The notes below the pieces were generated by a model that was not told the DNA's origin, searched no databases, and saw only the letters and a list, made by a program, of their open reading frames with translations. This document shows, piece by piece, positions 20,489 to 29,849 of a stretch of DNA of 64,000 nt. How positions within the stretch are numbered: position 1 is the stretch's first letter; every line of letters starts with the position of its first letter. This DNA is from an uncultured delta proteobacterium (GTDB lineage: Bacteria; Myxococcota_A; UBA9160; UBA4427): contig CAWGJT010000005.1 in the NCBI GenBank assembly GCA_963822965.1, forward strand, positions 1,216,001 to 1,280,000, given 5' to 3'. Made by a program: the position numbers and the translations under genes.

Positions 20489-21145
20489 TCAGTCCGCCTC
20501 GCCGGCCGGCGGGTCGATCCCGAGCAGGCTGCGCGCCACGAGCAGTAGCTCCCGCTGGTGTTTTTGGAGCTCCGCGCGGCTCCACGGGTCCACGGGCTCG
20601 TCGAGGGTGAGCCAGGACATGGCCGCGAAGTGGAAGAACGCGATCGAAGCGATCAGGCCCATGAAGCGCTCGGGCTCGACCCGCGGCCGGAACTCGCCCG
20701 ACGCGATGCCCTCGCGGAGCAACGCCCGGAACCACTCGCCCGTCGCCTCGCCGGCGAGGGTGAACGGCGTCGCCGCACCGGGCCGGGCGCCCGCGGCCTC
20801 GCGCAGGATCAGGCGCGCGACGTTCGGGCGCTGCGCCACGAAGTCGGTCCACCGGGCCAGAGAGGCTTCGAGGCGCTCTACCGCGCTGCCGCCCGGCGGC
20901 AGGTCCACCGCCAGGTCGCGGAAGACCTCGTCGAGCACCGCTCGGTAGAGCTCCTGCTTGTCGCCGAAGTGGTAGAAGATCGCCGCCCGCCGGATGCCGA
21001 CGTCGTCGGCGACGTCGTCGAGGCGCGCCGCCTCGAAGCCCCGCTCGGCGAAGTGGCGCTCGGCGGCGGCCACGATCTCGGCACGGGTGCGGAGGCCGTT
21101 CCGGCGTCGGCGGATGGGCTTGGGGGCAGCGGCGGTGCGGGCCAT
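20489..21145 (-). CDS. TetR/AcrR-family transcriptional regulator
   Basis: N-terminal HTH: AERHFAERGFEAARLDDVADDVGIRRAAIFYHFGDKQELY. Confidence 0.93.
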   Translation of the reverse strand: MARTAAAPKPIRRRRNGLRTRAEIVAAAERHFAERGFEAARLDDVADDVGIRRAAIFYHFGDKQELYRAVLDEVFRDLAVDLPPGGSAVERLEASLARWTDFVAQRPNVARLILREAAGARPGAATPFTLAGEATGEWFRALLREGIASGEFRPRVEPERFMGLIASIAFFHFAAMSWLTLDEPVDPWSRAELQKHQRELLLVARSLLGIDPPAGEAD

Positions 21146-21159
21146 GACGCTTGTTATCA

Positions 21160-21175
21160 TACTTGCGCGCAAGTA
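21160..21175. promoter_or_regulatory. Perfect 16-bp palindrome, probable TetR operator between divergent promoters
   Basis: TACTTGCGCGCAAGTA. It overlaps -10-like hexamers on both strands: TAGAAT (+, 21174-21179) and TATGAT (-, 21161-21156). Confidence 0.8.
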
Positions 21176-21284
21176 GAATAAGCAAGCCTTTCAGCCCGTC
21201 ACCGGACGCAACCGACCGGCAAGGGGCCGATTCTCCAGCACGGGGCGGCTCGCCCCGTGCTCGCCGAAGTGAGAGGAGCTGCCT

Positions 21285-22376
21285 ATGTCGCTTCCCCCGG
21301 ACCAGATCGTGATGTCGGCCGACGACCACCTCGACATCCACGCCATGCCGCCCGACGTGTGGTCGTCGCGCCTTCCCAAAGCGTGGCGCGAAGTCGGCCC
21401 GCGGGTCGAGGACACGGACGACGGACCCTGGTGGGTCTGCGAAGGGCGCCGCGTCTCGCCGAGTGGCCGCAAGGACAAGGGGTACATCTCGGCCAACGAC
21501 CACGGCTTCCGGCCAGGTCAGCCGCAGGCTCGCCTCGAGGACATGGACAAGGACGGCGTGCGCGCGCAGGTCGTCTACGGCCCCACCTGCACGCAGCTGC
21601 GCATCGCCGACGCCGCGCTCTACGAGCAGGTGGCGATGGTCTACAACGACTGGGCCGCCGAGTTCCAACGCGAAGATCCCGACCGGCTGATCCTATTGGC
21701 GGACCTTCCTTCCCACACCCCCGATGCCGCCCGGCAGGAGCTCGAGCGCGCGGCCTCGCTCGGTCACCGGGGTGCGATCGTCAGCAGCACGGTGGGTCGC
21801 AGCGAGCCGCTCTTCGCCGAGAGCTGGGAGGGCTTCTGGGACACGGCCGAGGAGATCGGCATCCCGATCCACGTGCACCTTGCCGGCGGCCTGCACAGCC
21901 TGGAGATGAAGCTCGGCTCGTGGCGCATGCCCGCGGCCGTCGCCGTCGTGCCCATGCAGCTCGACGAGACCCTCGCCGGTCTGGTCTTCTCGGGCGCCCT
22001 CGAGAAGCGCCCGAAGGTCAAGTTCGTCATGGGCGAGGCGGGCCTGGGCTGGATCCCGTACGTGATCGAGCGGCTCGACCACGAGCTCGACAAGTACGGC
22101 TCGAAGATCCAGGACTACAAGATCGACATGCGCCCCAGCGAGATCTTCGCGCGCCAGGTGTTCGTCACCTACGAGGACGAGGGCCTGGGTGTCGAGCTCA
22201 TCCCGCGAATCGGAGTCGACAACGTGATGTGGGCCTCGGACTATCCCCACGGCGACAGCACGTGGCCGCACTCGCGCAAGGCGCTGGCCGAGTCTCCGCT
22301 CGCTCAGCACGGCGCCGAGGTCCTGCGCAAGGTGACCTGCGAGAACGTCGCGCGGGTCTACGGCTTCCCGATCTAG
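21285..22376 (+). CDS. Amidohydrolase-family protein (Amidohydro_2)
   Basis: SADDH, YNDW, GEAGLGWIPY and MWASDYPHGDSTWP motifs. GAGGAG RBS. Confidence 0.93.
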   Translation: MSLPPDQIVMSADDHLDIHAMPPDVWSSRLPKAWREVGPRVEDTDDGPWWVCEGRRVSPSGRKDKGYISANDHGFRPGQPQARLEDMDKDGVRAQVVYGPTCTQLRIADAALYEQVAMVYNDWAAEFQREDPDRLILLADLPSHTPDAARQELERAASLGHRGAIVSSTVGRSEPLFAESWEGFWDTAEEIGIPIHVHLAGGLHSLEMKLGSWRMPAAVAVVPMQLDETLAGLVFSGALEKRPKVKFVMGEAGLGWIPYVIERLDHELDKYGSKIQDYKIDMRPSEIFARQVFVTYEDEGLGVELIPRIGVDNVMWASDYPHGDSTWPHSRKALAESPLAQHGAEVLRKVTCENVARVYGFPI

Positions 22377-22460
22377 GAGGACGACCCGAGGTGGGTCGGC
22401 TTCCGTACAAAGCGAGCCCGAGGGGCTCGCTCAGCTACACCGAGAGGACCGGCAGTTCCG

Positions 22461-23642
22461 ATGGGCGAGATCTACTACGACCCCTACGACTTCGAGATCG
22501 ACACCGACCCCTACCCGGTGTGGCGGCGGATGCGCGACGAGGCGCCGCTCTACCGCAACGATCGCTACGAGTTCTGGGCCCTGAGTCGCTACGAGGACGT
22601 CGCCGCAGGGCTGACCGACTGGCGTAGCTACAGCTCGGCCCGTGGCACGGTGCTCGACTTCATTCGCAACGGCGTGGAGTTCCCGCCCGGAAACATCCTG
22701 TTCGAGGACCCGCCTCTCCACGACGCCCACCGCGCGCTGCTGGCGCGGGTCTTCACGCCGCGCCGCATGGCCGAGCTCGAGCCGCAGATCCGCGCGTTCT
22801 GCGCGAGCAGTCTCGACCCGCTCGTGGGCGGCGACCGCATCGACTTCATCGCCGATCTCGGCGCGCAGATGCCGATGCGCGTGATCGGGATGATGCTGGG
22901 AATTCCCGAGGAAGACCAGGAGATGCTTCGCGACGGCTACGACACCGGTCTCGACCTCGAGTCCGGCGAAGAGCCCTCGCCGAACGACCAGCTGGCCTTC
23001 GCGATGGGCCGCTTCGCCGAGTACGTCGAGTGGCGGCGCAAGCACCCCTCCGACGACATGATGACCGAGCTGATGAACGCGCGCTTCACCGACGACGTGG
23101 GCACGGAGCGGACGCTGCGCGACAACGAGCTGCTCGGCTACATCGGGCTGCTGGCAGGGGCAGGCAACGAGACGACGACGCGGCTGATCGGATGGATTTC
23201 CTGGCTGCTCGACCGCTTCCCCGACCAGCGCCGCCTCGTCGTGGAGGACCGAAGCCTCGTCGCCAAGACAGTAGAGGAGGTCCTGCGCTACGAAGCGCCC
23301 TCCCCCGTGCAGGCCCGCTACGTCATGCGCGACATCGAGCTGTACGGGACGAAGGTGCCCGAAGGTTCGACGATGATGCTGATCAACGGCTCTGCGAACC
23401 GCGACGAGCGCGAGTTCGAGAACGCCGACCGCCTCGACGTGCGGCGCGCGAACGTCAAACACCTGAGCTTCGGCCAGGGCATCCACTTCTGTCTGGGCGC
23501 GAGCCTCGCGCGACTCGAGGGCTGCGTGGCGCTCGACGAGGTGCTGGCACGCTGGCCCGAGTGGGAGATCGACCGCGACGCGGCCGTGATGGCGCACACC
23601 TCGTCGGTCCGCGGATGGAAGAGCCTCCCGGCGCGGGTCTAG
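22461..23642 (+). CDS. Cytochrome P450 (CYP189-like)
   Basis: YYDPYD...DPYP, AGAGNETT, EEVLRYE and SFGQGIHFCLG motifs. Confidence 0.95.
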   Translation: MGEIYYDPYDFEIDTDPYPVWRRMRDEAPLYRNDRYEFWALSRYEDVAAGLTDWRSYSSARGTVLDFIRNGVEFPPGNILFEDPPLHDAHRALLARVFTPRRMAELEPQIRAFCASSLDPLVGGDRIDFIADLGAQMPMRVIGMMLGIPEEDQEMLRDGYDTGLDLESGEEPSPNDQLAFAMGRFAEYVEWRRKHPSDDMMTELMNARFTDDVGTERTLRDNELLGYIGLLAGAGNETTTRLIGWISWLLDRFPDQRRLVVEDRSLVAKTVEEVLRYEAPSPVQARYVMRDIELYGTKVPEGSTMMLINGSANRDEREFENADRLDVRRANVKHLSFGQGIHFCLGASLARLEGCVALDEVLARWPEWEIDRDAAVMAHTSSVRGWKSLPARV

Positions 23643-23669
23643 CAAGAGCGGTCGAAGAGGAGAAATCCC

Positions 23670-25328
23670 GTGCCCGACGCTTCCGCTGACCGCTCGAGGG
23701 ACGAAGGAGACGAGACCATCCCGGGCGCCGTGATGGCGAGCATCGCCGCGTGCCCGGATGCCGACGCCGTGGTGGATGGGGTCGAGGCGTCGATCGGAGC
23801 AGGCCGACGCGTGACCTACGGCGAGCTTGGCGAGCTCGTCGCCCGGTCGACGCAGGCCATGATGGGCGCAGGTGTCGGCCCCGGAGATCGCGTCGCGATC
23901 TGGGCCCCGAACGGCCTCGGTTGGATCGTCGCCGCCCTCGGCGCCCAGTGCGCGGGCGCGGCGCTCGTCCCGATCAACACCCGCTTCAAGGGCGAAGAGG
24001 CGGCCTGGCTGCTCTCCGCGTCGAAGGCGCCGGTGCTGGTCACGACGGTCGGGTTCCTGGGCACCGACACGGTCGGCATGCTGGCTTCGGCCGAGACGCC
24101 GCTCCCCGACCTGCGGCGCATCGTGCTGCTCCCGGGCTCGCAGCCCGCGAAGGAGGCGAGCGGTGCCGCCCCGGTGGAGACGTGGAGCGCGTTCCTGGCC
24201 GGCGGCGACCACGTCGACCCCGACACGGCGGTCGCGCGTCGCGAATCCGTGCGCCCGACGGACCCGAGCGACGTGCTGTTCACCTCCGGCACCACGGGTC
24301 GGCCCAAGGGCGTCGTCATGAGCCACGGCCAGACGGTCCGGCTGTTTCGCGAGTGGAGCGACTTTGCCGGGCTCGAGCGCGGTGACCGCTACCTGATCGT
24401 GAACCCCTTCTTCCACATGTTCGGCTACAAGGCCGGCTGGCTCGCGAGCCTGATGCGCGGGGCCACGATCCTCCCCGTCCCGGTGTTCGACGTGCCCGCG
24501 GTGCTGTCGCTGGTCGAGCGAGAGCGGATCACCTTCCTGCCCGGTCCGCCGACCCTCTACCGCTCCATCCTCGACCATCCAGACCGCGGCGCGTTCGACC
24601 TCGGAAGCCTGCGGGTCGCGGTCACCGGCGCGGCGGACATCCCCGTCACGCTGATCGAGGAGATGCGCGCCGAGCTGCCGTTCCGCAGCATCCTCGTGGG
24701 CTACGGACTCACCGAGGCCGGCACCTGCACCGGCAGCCGCCCGGACGACGACGCGGAGACCATCGCCACCACGGTCGGCCGCGCGATGCCCGGCTTCGAC
24801 GTCGTCGTGGCCGATGCCGACGGCCAGGAGCTCGCGCGGGGAGAGGCCGGCGAGCTCCTCGTGCGCGGGCACGGCGTGATGCAGGGCTACCTCGACGACC
24901 CCGACGCAACCGCCGCGGCCATCGACGAGCGAGGCTTCCTGCACACTGGCGACCTCGCGACCATGGACGAGCGCGGTGTGGTGCGCATCGTCGGCCGCCT
25001 CAAGGACATGATCCTCGTCGGCGGCTTCAACGTGTACCCGGCCGAGGTCGAGAACACGCTCGTGGCCCACGACGCGATCGGCCAAGTGGCCGTCGTGGGC
25101 CTGCCGGACGCCCGGATGGGCGAGGTCCCCGTGGCGTACGTGGTCCCGGCGGCGGGCGCCGCGATCGACGCCGATGCGATCGTCGCCTGGACCCGCGAGC
25201 GTCTTGCCAACTACAAGGTGCCGCGCCACGTGGTCTCCCTCGACGCGCTCCCCGTCAACGCGACCGGCAAGGTCGTGAAGCAGGAGCTGCGCGACCGGGC
25301 GGCCGCCGAGCTGCGCGGCGCGTCGTGA
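23670..25328 (+). CDS. fadD3: FadD3-like acyl-CoA ligase (HIP-CoA ligase family)
   Basis: INTRFKGEEA, LFTSGTTGRPKG, GDRYLIVNPFFHMFGYKAG, VGGFNVYPAEVE and ANYKVPR match my recollection of FadD3 signatures. Confidence 0.8.
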   Translation: MPDASADRSRDEGDETIPGAVMASIAACPDADAVVDGVEASIGAGRRVTYGELGELVARSTQAMMGAGVGPGDRVAIWAPNGLGWIVAALGAQCAGAALVPINTRFKGEEAAWLLSASKAPVLVTTVGFLGTDTVGMLASAETPLPDLRRIVLLPGSQPAKEASGAAPVETWSAFLAGGDHVDPDTAVARRESVRPTDPSDVLFTSGTTGRPKGVVMSHGQTVRLFREWSDFAGLERGDRYLIVNPFFHMFGYKAGWLASLMRGATILPVPVFDVPAVLSLVERERITFLPGPPTLYRSILDHPDRGAFDLGSLRVAVTGAADIPVTLIEEMRAELPFRSILVGYGLTEAGTCTGSRPDDDAETIATTVGRAMPGFDVVVADADGQELARGEAGELLVRGHGVMQGYLDDPDATAAAIDERGFLHTGDLATMDERGVVRIVGRLKDMILVGGFNVYPAEVENTLVAHDAIGQVAVVGLPDARMGEVPVAYVVPAAGAAIDADAIVAWTRERLANYKVPRHVVSLDALPVNATGKVVKQELRDRAAAELRGAS

Positions 25329-26989
25329 GCGCCGCTCCGCTCCGTCCGGCCTGGCCCTTGCGCCGCGTTCCACCCGAGCTCGAGCGACGCTACGCCCTCG
25401 AGGGCTGGTGGACGGACGAAACCCTCGGCGCAATGGTGGCGCGGCAGCTGGCGTCGCACTCCGAGTCACAGGTCGCCATCTGGTCGCGGTCGCGTCCCTG
25501 GCGGGGAAGCTACGCGAACGTCGACGCCGAGGCTCGCAGGCTGGTCACCCTCCTCCGAGCCCGGGGCGTGGAGCCGGGCGAGGCCGTCGCGTTCCAGATC
25601 CCGAACTGGCGCGAGGCCGTCGTCTCGTTTGCGGCCCTGGCCCTCGGCGGCTACGTGCTGGTGCCGATCGTCCACATCTACGGCCGCAAGGAGCTCTCCT
25701 TCATCCTCGCGGAGAGCGGCGCCGCGGCATACGTCTCACCAATCTCCTACGGGCACGTCGACTACGGCGAGATCATCGAGACCGCCGCCCCGGGCTCGCT
25801 GCGGCTACATGTGGTCGTCGGAGAGAGCGACGCCTCGCCGAGTCGAACGGGGCCGATCCGGGTGCCGTGGGGCGCGTGCGACGAGCAGGCGCCGGCAAGG
25901 GACCTCCCCGAGGTCCGCCCGGACTCGATCGCCGTGCTGGCGTACACCTCGGGCACCACCAGCGATCCGAAGGGCGTGATCCACGATCACCGGACGCTGC
26001 TCGGCGAGCTGCGACACATGGCGGCGTACATGATGCGGGGTCGGCCCAAGCTCATGGGCTCGCCCGTCACGCACGCCACCGGGATGCTCGGCGCCGTGCT
26101 CGGCCCGCTGGTCACGGGCGAGGCCATCCACCTGCTCGACCGCTGGGACCCGGGACACGCGCTCGAGGTGATGCAGCAGGCCGGCATCGGCGGAGGCACC
26201 GGGGCGTCTGTGTTCCTCTCGAGCCTGTTCGATCACCCCGACTTCACCGCGGAACACGCCGCCTTGATCGACCGGGTCGGCCTGGGAGGCGCGCCGGTCC
26301 CCGTGGCGCTCGGCGAGCGCGCGGCCTCGCTCGGCATCCGGATCATTCGCTCCTACGGGTCCACCGAGCACCCGTCGACGACGGGCTGCCAGTTCGACGA
26401 CCCGGCGGATCGGCGTCACCGCACCGACGGCCGCCCCCTCGAAGGCGTCGAGCTGCGGCTCGTCGACGAAGAGGGCGCCGACGTGCCGCCCAACCAGCCC
26501 GGCGAGATCCTCTCGCGCGGCCCGGACCTCTGCCTCGGGTACACCGACCCCGCGCTCACGGCCGCCGCATTCGACGACGAAGGCTGGTACCGCACGGGGG
26601 ACATCGGCGTGCTCGACGAGGGCGGCTACCTCACCATCACCGACCGGGTGAAGGACGTCATCATCCGCGGCGGCGAGAACGTCTCCGCGGCCGAGGTCGA
26701 GGGGGCACTCCAGAGCCTGCCGGGCGTCGCGGAGGTCGCCGTGGTGGCGGCGCCCGACGTACGCCTCGGCGAGCACGCCTGCGCGATCGTCCGCATGCAG
26801 CCGGGCGCCGCGCCCGTGACCCTGGGCGACGTGACCGCGCACCTGGCGGAGGTCGGCCTCACTCGCCAGAAGTGGCCCGAGGAGCTGCGCCTGGTGGAGG
26901 ACTTCCCCCGGACGGCCTCGGGCAAGATCCGCAAGGTCGACCTGCGGGCCCGGCTCCGCGACGAAGCTGCGAAAGAAGCCGGGCGCTGA
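25325..26989 (+). CDS. AMP-dependent CoA ligase (cyclohexanecarboxylate-CoA ligase-like)
   Basis: YTSGTTSDPKG, YGSTE, YRTGDIG and QKWPEEL motifs. GTGA overlap with the upstream gene. Confidence 0.92.
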   Translation: MSAAPLRPAWPLRRVPPELERRYALEGWWTDETLGAMVARQLASHSESQVAIWSRSRPWRGSYANVDAEARRLVTLLRARGVEPGEAVAFQIPNWREAVVSFAALALGGYVLVPIVHIYGRKELSFILAESGAAAYVSPISYGHVDYGEIIETAAPGSLRLHVVVGESDASPSRTGPIRVPWGACDEQAPARDLPEVRPDSIAVLAYTSGTTSDPKGVIHDHRTLLGELRHMAAYMMRGRPKLMGSPVTHATGMLGAVLGPLVTGEAIHLLDRWDPGHALEVMQQAGIGGGTGASVFLSSLFDHPDFTAEHAALIDRVGLGGAPVPVALGERAASLGIRIIRSYGSTEHPSTTGCQFDDPADRRHRTDGRPLEGVELRLVDEEGADVPPNQPGEILSRGPDLCLGYTDPALTAAAFDDEGWYRTGDIGVLDEGGYLTITDRVKDVIIRGGENVSAAEVEGALQSLPGVAEVAVVAAPDVRLGEHACAIVRMQPGAAPVTLGDVTAHLAEVGLTRQKWPEELRLVEDFPRTASGKIRKVDLRARLRDEAAKEAGR

Positions 26990-26993
26990 GCGG

Positions 26994-27896
26994 TCAGCGC
27001 TCGGATAGGTAGTGGACCCCGGTGAGCGCCTCGGCGAGGGTCCACAGGCGGCGGGCGAGCTCCACGTCCTTCGCGATCGGGTTGATGCGAGCCGGACCGG
27101 GCTCGCCTCGGATCTCGAGCAAGCCGCTGGGCCCCCAGTAGTCGCCGCCGCGTACGCCTTCGTCGCGCGCTGCGTGAACGATCGACCGGCAGGCGTCGGC
27201 CGGCAACGGCGTGAACCACGCGCCGACTGTCTCGAGCCAGCGGCCGAGGAAGCTGGTCGCCGAAAGCATCGGGCTGTGCCGCCGGATGTCGGTGGCCGCG
27301 AACCCGGGATGCGCCCCGAGCGCGATGACATTGCTGCCGCTCCCGCGGAGACGCCGCTCCAGCTCCATCGTGAAGCTGAGCAGCGCGACCTTGGCTCGGG
27401 CATAGGCCGTGAGCTCACGGTACGGCGTCCGCTCCCAGTTCGGATCGTCCAATGGGAGCTGGCCGAACCGGTTCGCGTGGCTGCCGACGTTGACGACGCG
27501 GGGCCTCCCGTCCTCGGGAAAGAACGGCAGCAGGAGCCCCGTCAGCGCGAACGCGCCCAGGTAGTTGGTGGCGAGCTGCATCTCGTGGCCGACGCTGTTG
27601 CGCGACAGCGGCACGGCGACGATCCCGGCGTTGTTGATCAGGACGTCCAGCCGGTCGAAGCGGTCCGAGTACGCGCGTACGAAAGCCCGAACGGAATCGG
27701 GCTCGGACACGTCGAGCGGGAGGATCGTCGCGTCCGCAGTCGGCACCCGCGCGAGCAGCTCGCTTCGCGCCTCGTGCGCCCGCTCCTGGCTACGACAGGC
27801 CATCACGACCCGGTCGCCGCTGCTCGCGAATGCGAGCGCGGTCTCGAAGCCGAGCCCGGCATTGGCGCCTGTGATCACGACGACGGAGTCCGACAC
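26994..27896 (-). CDS. SDR oxidoreductase (retinol dehydrogenase/WWOX-like)
   Basis: ITGANAGLG, LINNAG, YARAK and AHPG motifs. This is the C-terminal 300 aa of ORF 26994..30065. Confidence 0.92.
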   Translation of the reverse strand: MSDSVVVITGANAGLGFETALAFASSGDRVVMACRSQERAHEARSELLARVPTADATILPLDVSEPDSVRAFVRAYSDRFDRLDVLINNAGIVAVPLSRNSVGHEMQLATNYLGAFALTGLLLPFFPEDGRPRVVNVGSHANRFGQLPLDDPNWERTPYRELTAYARAKVALLSFTMELERRLRGSGSNVIALGAHPGFAATDIRRHSPMLSATSFLGRWLETVGAWFTPLPADACRSIVHAARDEGVRGGDYWGPSGLLEIRGEPGPARINPIAKDVELARRLWTLAEALTGVHYLSER

Positions 27897-27913
27897 GAGA
27901 GCGCTGGTGAGCG

Positions 27914-28624
27914 TCAGGCCCTGTGGTGGATCGCGGCCTGGATGCCGTCGAAGAACTGCCACCAGGCGTCGAGAGAGTGCTGGAGCGCGTCGCGTACGCG
28001 TGCCTGGATCGCGGCATCGGTGGCGTGGTGCACGACGATGTGGTCGCCCACGTCGCTGTGATCGGCGTCGGCCATCTCGTGCACGTCCCAGAACTCGACG
28101 GCCTCCTTCGAGAGCCCGTAGTGCTCCTCGAGCCGGCGCGCCATCGGGCCGAAGGCACCGGGCACCTGTCCCTCGGCCGCCAGGTTGATGGCGGCGGCGG
28201 CCTCGATGAAGGAGCGCTGCTTGGTCGACAGCTCGAACCAGTCGATCAGCGCGCGCGTGGCCGGTAGGGGCTGCCCCTCGGTCATCTCGCTGCGCTCGAG
28301 ACCCACGGCCTCGCCGAACTTGATGAAGAGCTCCGGGTGGGGCTGGTTGCAGCCCGAGATGCGCCCGGTCTCCTCTTCGTAGATGTTCTCCGCCAGCTCC
28401 ATGCGCTCCTCGGGGAACGGACAGCTGGCGTGCATGGCGCTCACCGCGCGCGGGAACTCGCGCACCTGCAGGAAGAATTGGACGGCGAAGAGCTTCAGCT
28501 GGTCGGCGCTGAGCTTGCCGTCGGCGATCGCGTGCCACAGCGGGTGGCTGCCGAAGGTCCGGCGCGCCTGGATGCGCGCCTCGAGATCCTGGATGAAGGC
28601 CGCGGGGGCCAGGGCTTCGCTCAT
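27914..28624 (-). CDS. Heme-oxygenase-like (PqqC/TenA/CADD) iron-containing redox enzyme
   Basis: HPLW, REFPR, ENIYEEETG...HPELF, AEGQ and FWDVHEMADADH form a CADD-like E/H/E/H/D/H dimetal ligand set. Confidence 0.85.
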   Translation of the reverse strand: MSEALAPAAFIQDLEARIQARRTFGSHPLWHAIADGKLSADQLKLFAVQFFLQVREFPRAVSAMHASCPFPEERMELAENIYEEETGRISGCNQPHPELFIKFGEAVGLERSEMTEGQPLPATRALIDWFELSTKQRSFIEAAAAINLAAEGQVPGAFGPMARRLEEHYGLSKEAVEFWDVHEMADADHSDVGDHIVVHHATDAAIQARVRDALQHSLDAWWQFFDGIQAAIHHRA

Positions 28625-28652
28625 CTTGATCCTCTCGGGCCCGCTGCTGGGC

Positions 28653-28667
28653 GAGAATGAGGTTTCC
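28653..28667. promoter_or_regulatory. Copy of the shared operator-like motif (short form)
   Basis: GAGAAT-gag-GTTTCC in a divergent intergenic region. A TATACT -10 hexamer at 28686-28691 lies 6 nt before GTG28698. Confidence 0.65.
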
Positions 28668-28697
28668 GTTGTGGTAGAGCGCAATTATACTCCATCG

Positions 28698-29849
28698 GTG
28701 ACTTCTTTGGCCGACTATCGCGCGGAGCTCCACGCGTGGCTCGACACGAATCACGCGGAGCTCGCGCCCCGCTACGGGCCGCCCGGCACCCTCGACGACC
28801 ACGTCGCCCAGATGCAGCGCGTGAAGGGGCTGCTCTACCAGGCAGGCTGGATGCAGTGGGGCTGGCCCGAGCGGGTGGGCGGGCGCGGAGGTCCGCCGAT
28901 GATGCGCACCGAGCTCGGCGCGGCACTGGCAGCGCGCGATCTCGCCGACCCGGGTCTGTTCTCGCTGATCGAGGTACTGGCCCCCACGCTCATCGACTTC
29001 GCACGGCCGGAGCTGGCCGCCGACGTGGTCCCGCGCCTGCTCTCGGGCGCCGAGATGTGGTGTCAGGGCTTCTCGGAGCCGGACGCAGGCAGCGACCTCG
29101 CGTCCCTGCGCTGCCGCGCGACTCCGCGCGACGGCGAGGCAGCGACGGCCTCGGAATGGGTGATCCACGGCCAGAAGGTCTGGACCAGTCTCGCCCAGTA
29201 CTCCCAGCGCTGCGTTCTGCTCACGCGCACCGGGCCCGCCGACTCGCGCCATCGCGGCATCACCGCCTTCTTCGTCGACATGGACACGCCGGGCATCAGC
29301 GTGCGACCCATCGAGATGATCAACGGCGAGCAGGAGTTCGCCGAGGTCTTCTTCGACGACGTGGTGATCCCGAACGGTCGGATGCTCGGTGAGCCGGGCG
29401 GCGGCTGGGCGGTCGCCATGAGCATCCTGCCCTATGAGCGCTCCTCGTGCTTCTGGCAGCGCATCGCGTACCTGTACGCCCGGCTCCAGCGGCTCGTCGA
29501 TGCGGTAGAGGCAGACGACCGCAAGGCCGAGGTCGTCGGCAACGCGTACCTCGAGCTCTTCGCCCTGCGAGCGCGCTCGCGCGCGACCCAGCACCGCCTC
29601 GCGGAGACCGGCACCATCGGCGCCGAGACCTCCATCGACAAGGTGCTGGTGGCGAGCACGGAGCAGACCGTCTTCGACGCCGTCCGACGCCTGCTCCCCG
29701 GGACGGTGGAGCTGGACGACGGCGCGGCCGGAGAGCTGTGGCGAAACGAGTACCTCTACTCGCGGGCCTCCACGATCTACGGCGGCAGCGCGGAGGTGCA
29801 GCGCAACATCATTGCGCGGCGGCTCCTCGAGCTCGGGGACGAGGCATGA
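28698..29849 (+). CDS. Acyl-CoA dehydrogenase
   Basis: WCQGFSEPDAGSD, GQKVWTS, FAEVFFD and TIYGGSAEVQRNII motifs. Confidence 0.95.
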   Translation: MTSLADYRAELHAWLDTNHAELAPRYGPPGTLDDHVAQMQRVKGLLYQAGWMQWGWPERVGGRGGPPMMRTELGAALAARDLADPGLFSLIEVLAPTLIDFARPELAADVVPRLLSGAEMWCQGFSEPDAGSDLASLRCRATPRDGEAATASEWVIHGQKVWTSLAQYSQRCVLLTRTGPADSRHRGITAFFVDMDTPGISVRPIEMINGEQEFAEVFFDDVVIPNGRMLGEPGGGWAVAMSILPYERSSCFWQRIAYLYARLQRLVDAVEADDRKAEVVGNAYLELFALRARSRATQHRLAETGTIGAETSIDKVLVASTEQTVFDAVRRLLPGTVELDDGAAGELWRNEYLYSRASTIYGGSAEVQRNIIARRLLELGDEA

